A stretch of 63,433 bases of DNA, the filler included. It is 5 parts of 5 records of this genome, joined end to end, with 100 filler letters (N's around TTAATTAATTAA, not from the genome) between each part and the next. Parts side by side here need not be neighbours in the genome. Positions count along the whole stretch, not along the records: positions 6,710 to 16,401 come from DRR723986_2452; positions 16,502 to 27,436 come from DRR723986_2453; 3 more parts are not named here. One strand, given 5' to 3'. The notes below the pieces were generated by a model that was given only the letters and a program-made list of their open reading frames with translations, made no database searches and had not been told where the DNA came from. Position numbers and translations under genes: made by a program. Below, piece by piece: positions 9,305 through 18,493 of this stretch. Position 1 is the first letter of the stretch, and each line of letters opens with the position of its first letter.

Positions 9305-10230
9305 CCGGCGGGCGCCCGCTCGCCGGTGTGCACCACCTTCTTGCCAATCACCCGGATTGCGCCCGGCCGGCAGGTTGCCCGAAAGGGCGTTTTACCGGCC
9401 ACGTCGCCATCCACCGTTACCGTCTTGGCGCGGGTGGTTTCTACGTGGCACCACTTGCCCTTGATCTGGATGACGGTGCTGGTCCGGCGCGGCGTCTTGC
9501 GGTTCAGGCGCACCATCAAAAATGCAAGTAACAGCTGCGGCAACGGGCGCGGTTTAACGGCAATGACATCCAGCAAACCATCGTTCGCAGAGGCCTCCGG
9601 TATTTCATGGCCGCCACCGAAATAGGCCCCCGTGGCAACGGCAATCGATAGCCAACGACCACCCAGATTAGAACGATCAGTACGGATATGGGCGTGGAAT
9701 CCCCGCTGGGCGCCCAGTTGTCGGAACAGTGTGGCCATGTAACTGAACTTTCCAAAAAGCTTTTTGGTGGGTGAACTGGCTTGGCGCGAAGGCAAAGTGC
9801 CCAGGCCAATGTGGGCCACGTTGAGATAGATGCGGTCACCAAACTCCGCCACATCAATCATCTCGGTGCTACCGTCCGCCACCAGACGGGCCACCTCTGC
9901 CGGTTCAGACGGAATACCCAGGTTGCGAGCAAAATCATTAGCGGTTCCCGAGGGAAGAACCGCGAGAGTCGCGCCGGTGCGCAGGCAAAGTCCGGCCACA
10001 CCGTTCACAGTGCCATCCCCACCCGCGGCCAACAATACGTCGTTGCCAGTCACCAGGCGCAGCCACTGTTCAGATTCATCCAGCCTGCATTCGGTTACGT
10101 TCTCGATGCCCTGCTCGCGCAGATGCGGCAACCAGAAATCCGCATCCCGGCAGCCATCACCGGAACCAGGGCTATCCACCAGCCAATACGCCATACCATT
10201 CCCTCTGGAGAAAGAAACTGTCCTCTTCAT
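9301..10230 (-). CDS. Diacylglycerol/lipid kinase family protein (YegS/BmrU-like)
   Basis: AGGDGTVN, LPSGTANDFAR, DGLLDV and VDGD motifs. Confidence 0.92.
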   Translation of the reverse strand: MKRTVSFSRGNGMAYWLVDSPGSGDGCRDADFWLPHLREQGIENVTECRLDESEQWLRLVTGNDVLLAAGGDGTVNGVAGLCLRTGATLAVLPSGTANDFARNLGIPSEPAEVARLVADGSTEMIDVAEFGDRIYLNVAHIGLGTLPSRQASSPTKKLFGKFSYMATLFRQLGAQRGFHAHIRTDRSNLGGRWLSIAVATGAYFGGGHEIPEASANDGLLDVIAVKPRPLPQLLLAFLMVRLNRKTPRRTSTVIQIKGKWCHVETTRAKTVTVDGDVAGKTPFRATCRPGAIRVIGKKVVHTGERAPAG

Positions 10231-10276
10231 TTGATAGCATGGCTGATCGATTTCTTCATGCAGGAAGCATTACCGT

Positions 10277-10555
10277 ATGGCAACGCGCATTACTCTCCAT
10301 TACTGCACTGGCTGTAACTGGATGCTGAGATCCGCCTGGATGGCGCAGGAACTGCTGACCACCTTCGACGGCATGGTCGACGAGCTCACCTTGAAACCCG
10401 GCTCCGGCGGCATCTTTGAAGTCTGGGTAAACGATACCCGAATCTGGTCCCGCAAGGAGCAAGGGGGCTTCCCCGATATTAAGCAACTGAAACAGCTGGT
10501 GCGGGATCAGATTGCCCCGGAGCACTCACTGGGGCACTCAGACAAGCCGGTGTAG
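10277..10555 (+). CDS. SelT/SelW/SelH (Rdx) family protein, Cys form
   Basis: YCTGCNWMLRSAWMAQELL, GGIFEV, WSRKEQGGFP. Confidence 0.92.
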   Translation: MATRITLHYCTGCNWMLRSAWMAQELLTTFDGMVDELTLKPGSGGIFEVWVNDTRIWSRKEQGGFPDIKQLKQLVRDQIAPEHSLGHSDKPV

Positions 10556-10695
10556 TACATCTACGAGGGTGGCTACCCGCTCCCGCATCTTTTCGCTACC
10601 ATACGCCACCCTCAAAACGCCCGCCCGCTGCGCCAGGCCCGTCTGCAGCTGCTGTTCGCCAGAGGTGATCCAGTTGACTCTGCAGAGGCTTTCCC

Positions 10696-11439
10696 TTGTC
10701 CATTAATGCCTTATATACCGACTTGTCGGGCTACTACGATCTGATGTGTGCCGATATCGATTACCCGGCCCAGAGTCTCGGGATACAGCGGTTACATCAG
10801 CTATTTGGCAATGGCGGCAGGCGTCATCTGGATCTGGCCTGTGGTACCGGGCCGCACATCCGGCATTTCCTGAACCTCGGTTACCAGTGCGAAGGGCTGG
10901 ATATTAATCAGCCCATGCTGGATGTAGCCCAACAGCGTTGCCCGGAAGCCGTCTTCAGTGTTCGGGATATGTGTGACTTCCGGTTTGATAGTCCATTTGA
11001 TCTGATTACCTGCTTCCTGTACTCCATTCATTACAGCGATGGTATCGAGAAGCTTCAGGGCTGTATCGAAAGCGCCCACCAGGCGTTATCAGCCAACGGA
11101 TTGTTCTGTTTCAATGCCGTAGACAAGACCCGAATCAACAACAATCTGTATGTCAGTCACTCCGCCCGGCACGATGGCAGTGAGTTTACCTTTCGGTCTG
11201 GCTGGCATTACGGAGGCGGTGGTGAACGGCAGTCGCTCCGGCTGAGCATTGATCGCACCACCAACGGCATCAGTGAATCCTGGCAGGATGAGCACCCCAT
11301 GGTAGCACTTAGCTTTCGGGAGCTGGCCACCCTGTTGGAGCCCTGGTTCGACGTGACCATCTTCGAGCACGACTACGAACGCATCTTGCCCTGGGATGGC
11401 GAATCCGGAAACGCACTGTTTGTCTGCGTAAAGCGTTGA
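10696..11439 (+). CDS. Class I SAM-dependent methyltransferase
   Basis: HLDLACGTG motif I, GLDIN, FDLITCF; TTG start after GAGG. Confidence 0.9.
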   Translation: MSINALYTDLSGYYDLMCADIDYPAQSLGIQRLHQLFGNGGRRHLDLACGTGPHIRHFLNLGYQCEGLDINQPMLDVAQQRCPEAVFSVRDMCDFRFDSPFDLITCFLYSIHYSDGIEKLQGCIESAHQALSANGLFCFNAVDKTRINNNLYVSHSARHDGSEFTFRSGWHYGGGGERQSLRLSIDRTTNGISESWQDEHPMVALSFRELATLLEPWFDVTIFEHDYERILPWDGESGNALFVCVKR

Positions 11440-11471
11440 GCGTTACCGGATTTCGCTGAGAACAATAGTGG

Positions 11472-11999
11472 TTAGTGCTTCATGCCGGCGTGGTCGTTCA
11501 TCGCCGGGGCACCGTCAAGGGGGCGCACCATCAGTTCAATATTCAGGTCTTCGGCACCATCAAAATCCAATCTTACCGGAACTTTCTCGCCCTCAACCAG
11601 GGGCTCGGGCAGCTTTTCCAGCATCAGGTGATAGCTGTGAGGTTTTAGCTCTACAGTCTCTCCGGCGGGTATCACCAGGCCGCCGTCTACCGGCTGCATG
11701 CGCATCACGCCCTCATGCATGGAGGTTTCGTGGATGGAAACATGGCCGGCTCTTGGCGTTTCTGCGCCCACCAGAGTGATAGCCTGTTCACTGTGGTTGG
11801 TGATGACCATATAGCCCACGCCCATCGGGGTGCCTGGCGGTGTTGGCCGGCTCCAGGGGTGGTCGATTTGTAATGGACGGCTCTGGTGGTGGTTACCGTG
11901 TCCGTGATCCGCGGCAAATGCGGCCGGGGCGGCCAAGGCTGCGGCCAGGGCCAGAGCAATCATGGGTTGTTTCATTCGGCGTTCCTTGTTTTCTGACAA
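11472..11999 (-). CDS. Copper chaperone PCu(A)C
   Basis: Signal peptide; HET..MRM, LKPHSYHLML copper-ligand motif. Confidence 0.92.
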   Translation of the reverse strand: MSENKERRMKQPMIALALAAALAAPAAFAADHGHGNHHQSRPLQIDHPWSRPTPPGTPMGVGYMVITNHSEQAITLVGAETPRAGHVSIHETSMHEGVMRMQPVDGGLVIPAGETVELKPHSYHLMLEKLPEPLVEGEKVPVRLDFDGAEDLNIELMVRPLDGAPAMNDHAGMKH

Positions 12000-12041
12000 A
12001 TATCATTAATGTAGCCGCCTGTGCAGGCCACTTCAAAGCCA

Positions 12042-14348
12042 TCAGGAGCGACGAATGGTCGCAGGGGTATCGTTCTGTCTTGCGGTGTCAGTGAGCTTTT
12101 GGCCAATGTCTGTCATGGCTACCGGTCGGCTGAAATAGTAGCCCTGGAATCGCAGACAGCCCATGTTGATCAGAGCCTGGGCCTGAGCCTGCTCTTCTAC
12201 ACCCTCAGCGATCAGACTCATGTTGTGGCTGCGGGCGATGGCGACGATGCTGCGCACCATATTGGCGGCTTTTTCATCTTCAACAATACCGTCCACAAAG
12301 CTTTTGTCGATTTTAAGCTCATCCAGAGGTAACTGACGCAGCAGGCTGAGGGAAGAATAGCCGGTTCCGAAATCATCCATGGCCAGGCGTATACCGTGGC
12401 TTCTCAGGTCGCAGATAGTTTGCAGCACCTGATCGAAATTGCCCATGAACAGCGTTTCGGTAATCTCCAGAACCAGAGAGGACGGCGAGACATCGTGGGT
12501 TTTCAGGGCGTTGAGTACTGTATCCACGAAGCCTGGCTGGCAGAACTGAATCACTGAGATGTTGATGGCCAGATCCAGCGGCTGTTGCACCTTGTCTATC
12601 AGTTGCCGGAATTCCCTCAGGCTGGTGTCCAGCACGAAGTTACCCAGAGGAATCATCAGACCGCTTTTCTCGGCCACATCCACGAATTCTGCCGGCGAAA
12701 CGAATCCCAACTCTTCATCCTGCCAGCGCACCAAAGCCTCCAGACCAATGGTATCGCCTGCATCGTTCACCTGCGGTTGGTACACCATATAGAGAGCATG
12801 AGAGGCCAGGCCATAGCGCAGCCTCTGTTCCACGTTCAGCCGCCGTAGATAAGCGGTTTCCATTTCTGCCTTGTAGACGCAGACGGCATTCCGGCTTTGT
12901 TTGGCCTCATACAACGCCAGGTGGGCACTACGAATCAGCTTGCTGAGGGAGTCTCCGTCTTCGGGGTACCGGGCCACCCCGACACTCGCGCCCACCTGGA
13001 GACGAAGCCGGCCCACTTCAAAGATTTGGGCCAGATCTTCTACCAGCGCCCGGCAAGCATCGGTCAACGAGGGGATGTTGGTATTGGGGGTCACGATGGC
13101 GAATTCATCGCTCCCGAGCCTCGCCAGATCGTCGTGTCGTTCCGCCAACCGCTCAAGTCTTCGCCCGAATTCCACCAGGGTGTGATCCCCGTACTCCAGC
13201 CCAAAGCGGTCATTGATACCACTGAAGTTATCAATGTTGATCACCACCAGACTGAACGGCCTCGCCTGAGAAAGTCTGCCTTCCAATCGGTCCAGGAGCC
13301 CGGCGCGGTTTAACAGGCCGGTGAGATCGTCATGTCGAGCCCGGTACAGTAACTCTTCCCGACGCTCTCCCTCGGCACGATCAATAACCCGGAACAACAG
13401 GTAGAGCAACCAGGCGCCCAGTACAAAGCCAATCACGTAGGGTACGAGGGTTCCCGTAAAATCGCGGTAAAGAGGGGCAAAACGCGTCTCGGACACTGTC
13501 CAGATCTGATACCGAGCGTCGAAGGTGGCGGCTGTCAGATAATCTCGCTGGTCGCGGGACATATGAAAAGAAACCGCCTCCGGACTGGCCATGATATCCG
13601 CCATGGTCTTTCCGGTTCCCTCCTCAAAATCACGCCGCTGTGCGCTCAAGCGCTCCTCGTTGACCTGCGAGGCAGAATATCGCTCAGGCGTTGCGCCCTC
13701 TCGCGACATAAACTGGACGTATTTGTCTGCCTCCCGAAAAAGGATGACACTGTCCTCGGGACCATCGTGCAGATCCTGCCCAAGAACTGAACCTTCGGCA
13801 CCAATCTCCAGTCCGGCGGTCATTACTGCAACCACAGAACCATCGTCCGCTCGCAAGGCCTTTCGTATCGGGATTAACCAGGCACCAAGCGCCTCCATAT
13901 AATAAGTACGCCCTACCACCATCACATCCGACTCAAGGGCTTGCCTGAAACCTTCTGCGGTACTGGGGTTCTCCAGGAGATTGGGCAGGCGGCTGGCATC
14001 CATATTGGTGCTGATACGAACCAGCGTGCCGTCCGGGCGGGCCAGGCCAAAACCAACGAGGGCCGGGTTAACCGAAAGGATACTGTCCAATAAAGGCGTT
14101 TCCCTCCGCTCTTCCAGCGGTTCGCCACTGTCGAGGAGTTCGCGCCCAACGACATCGAGCACCAGTTCCTGAGTCCGGAACAGACTGTGAACGGATTGGG
14201 ATATGAGCTCAGCCCTGGACAACTGATGCGCAGTTTCGTAAGACAGGGTCTCCTGCCAGCGCTGCTGGAGAGACACCCCTAAAAGCGCAACGCCGACGAT
14301 TACGATCAGAAAGTACAGCGTCCAGATATTGCGTTTCAGAGCCGCCAA
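12042..14348 (-). CDS. Membrane-anchored Cache-GGDEF-EAL protein, probably a c-di-GMP phosphodiesterase
   Basis: Two TM helices around a periplasmic domain; HDDLTGLLNR; degenerate GSDEF; intact EAL and DDFGTGYSS. Confidence 0.92.
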   Translation of the reverse strand: MAALKRNIWTLYFLIVIVGVALLGVSLQQRWQETLSYETAHQLSRAELISQSVHSLFRTQELVLDVVGRELLDSGEPLEERRETPLLDSILSVNPALVGFGLARPDGTLVRISTNMDASRLPNLLENPSTAEGFRQALESDVMVVGRTYYMEALGAWLIPIRKALRADDGSVVAVMTAGLEIGAEGSVLGQDLHDGPEDSVILFREADKYVQFMSREGATPERYSASQVNEERLSAQRRDFEEGTGKTMADIMASPEAVSFHMSRDQRDYLTAATFDARYQIWTVSETRFAPLYRDFTGTLVPYVIGFVLGAWLLYLLFRVIDRAEGERREELLYRARHDDLTGLLNRAGLLDRLEGRLSQARPFSLVVINIDNFSGINDRFGLEYGDHTLVEFGRRLERLAERHDDLARLGSDEFAIVTPNTNIPSLTDACRALVEDLAQIFEVGRLRLQVGASVGVARYPEDGDSLSKLIRSAHLALYEAKQSRNAVCVYKAEMETAYLRRLNVEQRLRYGLASHALYMVYQPQVNDAGDTIGLEALVRWQDEELGFVSPAEFVDVAEKSGLMIPLGNFVLDTSLREFRQLIDKVQQPLDLAINISVIQFCQPGFVDTVLNALKTHDVSPSSLVLEITETLFMGNFDQVLQTICDLRSHGIRLAMDDFGTGYSSLSLLRQLPLDELKIDKSFVDGIVEDEKAANMVRSIVAIARSHNMSLIAEGVEEQAQAQALINMGCLRFQGYYFSRPVAMTDIGQKLTDTARQNDTPATIRRS

Positions 14349-14583
14349 GTAGTCAGTCCATTTATCCCGGTGAATGGGTTAATTTCGCTAACCATGATTA
14401 TAGGATGACGCTGCAAATACGCACCCTGTTTTGACACAACCTTACCAAAAAAGATGATGCCAAAAGGAACTTTGCCGTCGTTATCCAGACAATCTGTTCA
14501 TCTGGCGTTCATGCCGGATAGGGTTTACTGAGGCTAGAATCAAAACCGAGCCAACGGCAACCAGGCGGAAAAGGAGCCAGACA

Positions 14584-15303
14584 ATGAACGTAATGTCAGT
14601 GCTGAACCAGATCATGAACCAGGCCCAGGGCGGTCAGTCCCGCCAGGGCAGCCAGGGTGGAATGAACGTAAACCAGATGATGGGCAACCTTGGCGACCAG
14701 CTGTCCGGAGGTAAAAGCGGCAGTGGCATTGACGTAAAAAGTCTTCTGGGCGGCGGAGCACTGGGGCTCATGCTGGGCTCCAAGCGTGGCCGCAAAATGG
14801 GCGGCAAGGCACTGAAGTATGGCGCCCTGGCCGGCGTCGGCGTACTGGCATGGAAGGCCTATCAGAACTACCAGAGCACCAATCAGGGCCAGGCACAGCC
14901 CGCCCCGGTGCAACAGGGCCACCCCCTTGAGCAGTTGCAGGGAGCCGACCAGGAGCGTCGTGGGCTGGAAATTCTCCAGGCCATGATTATGGCCGCCCGT
15001 GCCGATGGCCATATTGATGCCAATGAAAGACAACTACTGACTCAGGAAATCGAGCGACTGGGCCCGGACGACGAACTCCAGGCATGGATCCAGCAACAAT
15101 TCGATGCGCCACTGGATGCCAGTGCTCTGGCACGCAACGCCGATTCGCCCCAGGCAGCCCGGGAAATCTACGTCGTCAGCGCCGTGATGATTGACGAACA
15201 GAACCCGATGGAGCGTGCCTGGCTGGAACAGCTGGCCGGTGCCCTGAAGATAGAACCCAATCTGGCCAAAGAACTGGAACAACAAGTGCTGGCTGCCAGT
15301 TAA
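14584..15303 (+). CDS. DUF533 / TerB-like (YebE-type) protein
   Basis: LGGGALGLMLGSKRGRK, LAWKAYQNY, AMIMAARADGHIDANE. Confidence 0.88.
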   Translation: MNVMSVLNQIMNQAQGGQSRQGSQGGMNVNQMMGNLGDQLSGGKSGSGIDVKSLLGGGALGLMLGSKRGRKMGGKALKYGALAGVGVLAWKAYQNYQSTNQGQAQPAPVQQGHPLEQLQGADQERRGLEILQAMIMAARADGHIDANERQLLTQEIERLGPDDELQAWIQQQFDAPLDASALARNADSPQAAREIYVVSAVMIDEQNPMERAWLEQLAGALKIEPNLAKELEQQVLAAS

Positions 15304-15317
15304 TCAATCACAGCAGA

Positions 15318-15340
15318 CGGCACCGGACTCCCCGGTGCCG
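15318..15340. terminator. Hairpin between convergent genes, possible bidirectional terminator
   Basis: CGGCACCGG-actcc-CCGGTGCCG perfect 9-bp stem; no strong U tract. Confidence 0.55.
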
Positions 15341-15348
15341 AATCCAAG

Positions 15349-15693
15349 TCAGGCTTTCTTAACAAACTCCGACTTGAGCTTCATGGCCCCCACACCATCA
15401 ATCTTGCAATCAATGTCGTGATCGCCATCCACCAGGCGGATGTTCTTGACCTTGGTTCCCACCTTCACCACCAGGCTGGAACCCTTCACCTTCAGATCCT
15501 TGATTACGGTGACGGTATCGCCATCCTGCAGCTCATTGCCATTGGCATCACGAACCACCTTGCCTGCTTCAGCCGCTGCCTGCTCGGCCTCCGTCCATTC
15601 ATGGCCGCACTCCGGGCACACCAGCTGAACGCCATCTTCGTAGGTGTATTCAGAACTGCACTTGGGGCAAGGGGGCAACTGAGACATTATCAT
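15349..15693 (-). CDS. yjdM: Zinc-ribbon protein YjdM/PhnA
   Basis: [51 protein letters not shown]. Confidence 0.95.
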   Translation of the reverse strand: MIMSQLPPCPKCSSEYTYEDGVQLVCPECGHEWTEAEQAAAEAGKVVRDANGNELQDGDTVTVIKDLKVKGSSLVVKVGTKVKNIRLVDGDHDIDCKIDGVGAMKLKSEFVKKA

Positions 15694-15727
15694 TTCCTGT
15701 TAACTGAATGAGCACAGGATTATACCA

Positions 15728-16294
15728 CTATTGCCCCGGCGCCACCCTCGCCAGAATGTCCGGGTTCTCCGACAACGGCAACGCCAGAATCACCCCTTCA
15801 TTCGAAGCCGGAAAAATGCCCGTCAACGCCGTCACATTCACCTGGTGTGAGACCATCACCACCGGCATGCCGGGCCCAAGGGCATTCACCAAGTTGATGG
15901 TTTCACGGGTCTGTTGCGGGCCATCGCCCCGGTTGCGAAAAAATGAATTCAGAGCCGGCCACTCAGTCACTGGCCCCATATTCATTTCCTGGGCGGTCTC
16001 AAGACATCGACACCACTGGCTGGAAAACACCCTCGCCTCATCAATTCCATGTTCTGCCAGAAACGCTTTCCACGCCCGGGCCTGCTCACGCCCCGTGTCG
16101 TTCAGGTTCCTCTGGGTACTGCAATCTCCGAGCACAAACCCGACTGGATCACCGGTGCCTGGAGCCAGGGCATGACGCAGCATCAAAACGGCTCTCCCCT
16201 CTCTAAGGGCAGCCCAGGCGTCCTTTTCTGAGGCATGGGTTTGAGAAAACCCTAAAGCGCCGATGGCCATCAAACAAAACACAAACGCTTTCAT
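15728..16294 (-). CDS. Histidine phosphatase family protein (secreted)
   Basis: Signal peptide; LRHA, QRNL, SSQWCRCLETA, VSHQVN. Confidence 0.9.
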   Translation of the reverse strand: MKAFVFCLMAIGALGFSQTHASEKDAWAALREGRAVLMLRHALAPGTGDPVGFVLGDCSTQRNLNDTGREQARAWKAFLAEHGIDEARVFSSQWCRCLETAQEMNMGPVTEWPALNSFFRNRGDGPQQTRETINLVNALGPGMPVVMVSHQVNVTALTGIFPASNEGVILALPLSENPDILARVAPGQ

Positions 16295-16401
16295 AATGAT
16301 TCCTCAAAGATTCCGTCAGCGCGCATATCGCGGCGGTATCACCAGTGCCAGATCTGTGTCATTGGGGGTTACTTTCCAAAAATTTCGAAGGCCATGGATG
16401 G

Positions 16402-16501
16402 NNNNNNNNNNNNNNNNNNNNNNNNNNNNNNNNNNNNNNNNNNNNTTAATTAATTAANNNNNNNNNNNNNNNNNNNNNNNNNNNNNNNNNNNNNNNNNNN
16501 N
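16402..16501. other. Artificial contig linker
   Basis: N-TTAATTAATTAA-N. Confidence 0.99.
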
Positions 16502-16550
16502 AGCTACCAGCTTCAGCTACCAGCTTCAGCTTTCAGCTTCCAGTCTCAGC
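16502..16550. repeat. Short tandem repeat of 6-7-nt AGCT-based units, truncated by the contig end
   Basis: agctacc agcttc agctacc agcttc agctttc agcttcc agtctc agc. Confidence 0.8.
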
Positions 16551-16878
16551 AACTTTCTCCTGCCGCTTAATCCGAACTACCAGCCGTTCGACCGCGAATA
16601 GCGTCCCTTGGGTGTTTTGTGTTTGTGCACAAGCGCCGACGAGCCGAAATTGTCTCTGTCGAACCGTCCGGAGGTTTGGCCTCGCCGTGCCTTGGGAGCC
16701 GCTGGAATTGCTGCAGGATTGTCTGCAGGCGACCAGCCAGGGCTCCGCGGAAGCTGGAAATTTTCTGGAGAGGGAGGGGACTATCCGGACGTAAAAATTT
16801 TTGGAAATTGGAAGGCGTGACGGCGGGGGAGGGGCCCCCAGATTCACGCGGAAATTCGGCCGCATGCAGACTCAAGAA

Positions 16879-16983
16879 CTTGAGTCAAAGTCAAAGAGTC
16901 ATAAGTCAAAATCTGAGAGCCTTGAGTCAAAGTCAAAGAGTCTTGAGTCTTTGCCCGCAGCATTTGAGTTGTAACCTGAAATC
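16879..16983. repeat. Degenerate 21-bp tandem repeat (~5 units)
   Basis: cttgagtcaaagtcaaagagt at 16879 and 16921 (identical); cataagtcaaaatctgagagc at 16900; cttgagtctttgcccgcagca at 16942; tttgagttgtaacctgaaatc at 16963. Confidence 0.8.
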
Positions 16984-17541
16984 GCTGGGCCTGTAGTTGA
17001 GGAGCCTGGTTGAGAGTCTTGCTGCATTCAATTAGATTCCACACATAATCGATTCCTGGACTCCGCGACGCTCAGAAGACTCTGCAAGCTGCAGTTTGAG
17101 ACACATTGCCAAAAAAGACTTCTCGCCAGGTGACGCGAGACTTTGCTCCCAGTGACTAACATAAGTAAACAGCCAGCCGCCCACGGAGTGGAGGCGCAGC
17201 GCTCAGGAAAACAAACCCCAAAACTGCAAACTCGTGCAACGCAGCGGGCTTGGAAAATACATACGGCCGCGTTCGGAGAAACCATGGACACATGTACCTG
17301 GGTGATTGGAAAGGACATGCTTCAGTCCGGCAATTCAAAGCTTATGCGTATCTTTGAGCGGCGAAAGGATGGAGTCGAAGATGACCAGATATGAAGCGGT
17401 GCATCACATATTTTTACTTCAAAGCTCTGAACCTTATTGGCAAAAGTGCCGTACGAGGAGTCCTATGCAGGCGAAACGTCATGGAACCGGCCGGGCCGAA
17501 AATCTTCCGAAATCCTGCAGACGCTGTAAGGCAGATACTTT

Positions 17542-18318
17542 ATGACCGAATTGCTCGATGCCGCACTACATCTAATCAACATACCGTTTACGGTGCTGCT
17601 GGCGCTGGTGCTGCTCTATTGGGTGACTGTAATAATCGGTCTGCTGGATCTTGATTCCCTGGAAGTTGAAGTCCACGCTGATCTGGATATGGATGCCGAT
17701 CTGGACCTGGATCACGACATTGAAGTAGCGCCTGAAATGGAAGTGGAACTGCACCTGGATGCAGACACGGATGTTGACGTTGCCGGTGTAGAGCTTGTGG
17801 GAAGTGCCGCCGACGCTGCAGATGCTGCCGGTGGATCGCTTGAAGCAGCGGGTGAGCATGGTGGATTCATGAATTCCCTGCTCTTGTTTGCGAATCTGGG
17901 GTATATCCCCTTTATGGTCGTGTTCTCATTTTTGACACTGTTTATTTGGTCTGGTGCAGTCCTCCTGAACTACTATTTTAATCCAAATATGTCTTTTGGG
18001 ATGGCCTTGTTACTGTTTATCCCTAACTTCATTGTTAGCTTTTTTGTGATGAAGTTGTTTACCTGGCCACTCAAAAAAGTGTTCTACCAGATGCGCCGCG
18101 AAGAGCGCGAAGTAGAATCTGTGGTTGGCCGTGTTTGTGTCTTAACAATGGATGCCAGTCCGGAAAGATTATCGCAGGCAACTGTAGCGCGCAGTGGAGT
18201 TCCGCACCTGCTGAACGTCCGTCCTGTTGGAGACCGTCTTATTTTGCGCGGCAGCCGTGCAATTGTAGTTTCGTATAATGAAGCCGATGGCGTCTACCTC
18301 GTCCAGCCGATGGATTGA
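17542..18318 (+). CDS. YqiJ/DUF1449-like (NfeD-type OB-fold) inner-membrane protein
   Basis: NIPFTVLLALVLLYWVTVIIG, acidic linker, NLGYIPFMVVFSF TM helices, C-terminal VGRVCVL..LLNVR..GSRAIVVSY OB-fold-like domain; lies upstream of a flotillin. Confidence 0.8.
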   Translation: MTELLDAALHLINIPFTVLLALVLLYWVTVIIGLLDLDSLEVEVHADLDMDADLDLDHDIEVAPEMEVELHLDADTDVDVAGVELVGSAADAADAAGGSLEAAGEHGGFMNSLLLFANLGYIPFMVVFSFLTLFIWSGAVLLNYYFNPNMSFGMALLLFIPNFIVSFFVMKLFTWPLKKVFYQMRREEREVESVVGRVCVLTMDASPERLSQATVARSGVPHLLNVRPVGDRLILRGSRAIVVSYNEADGVYLVQPMD

Positions 18319-18493
18319 GATTAAAAGTTTGAATGACTCTTCCCCCCTAAACTAAGAGTCGCCGCATCCCAGGCAAACATCACCTTTGACGATAGACCAC
18401 AGTTTATGTGGTCGGAATCGCTATGCATCTCCTTGACTAGGTGAATAGGAGAATTCTGAGTAAATTAACTGACCAAAGATTGGAATCGCAGCT

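Noticed and set aside
10277-10555. Possible selenoprotein (SelW family)
   Set aside because: The motif is CTGC encoded by TGC/TGT; there is no in-frame TGA.
16879-16983. 21-bp repeats as a CRISPR array
   Set aside because: Units are contiguous with no unique spacers, and there are no cas genes in the window.
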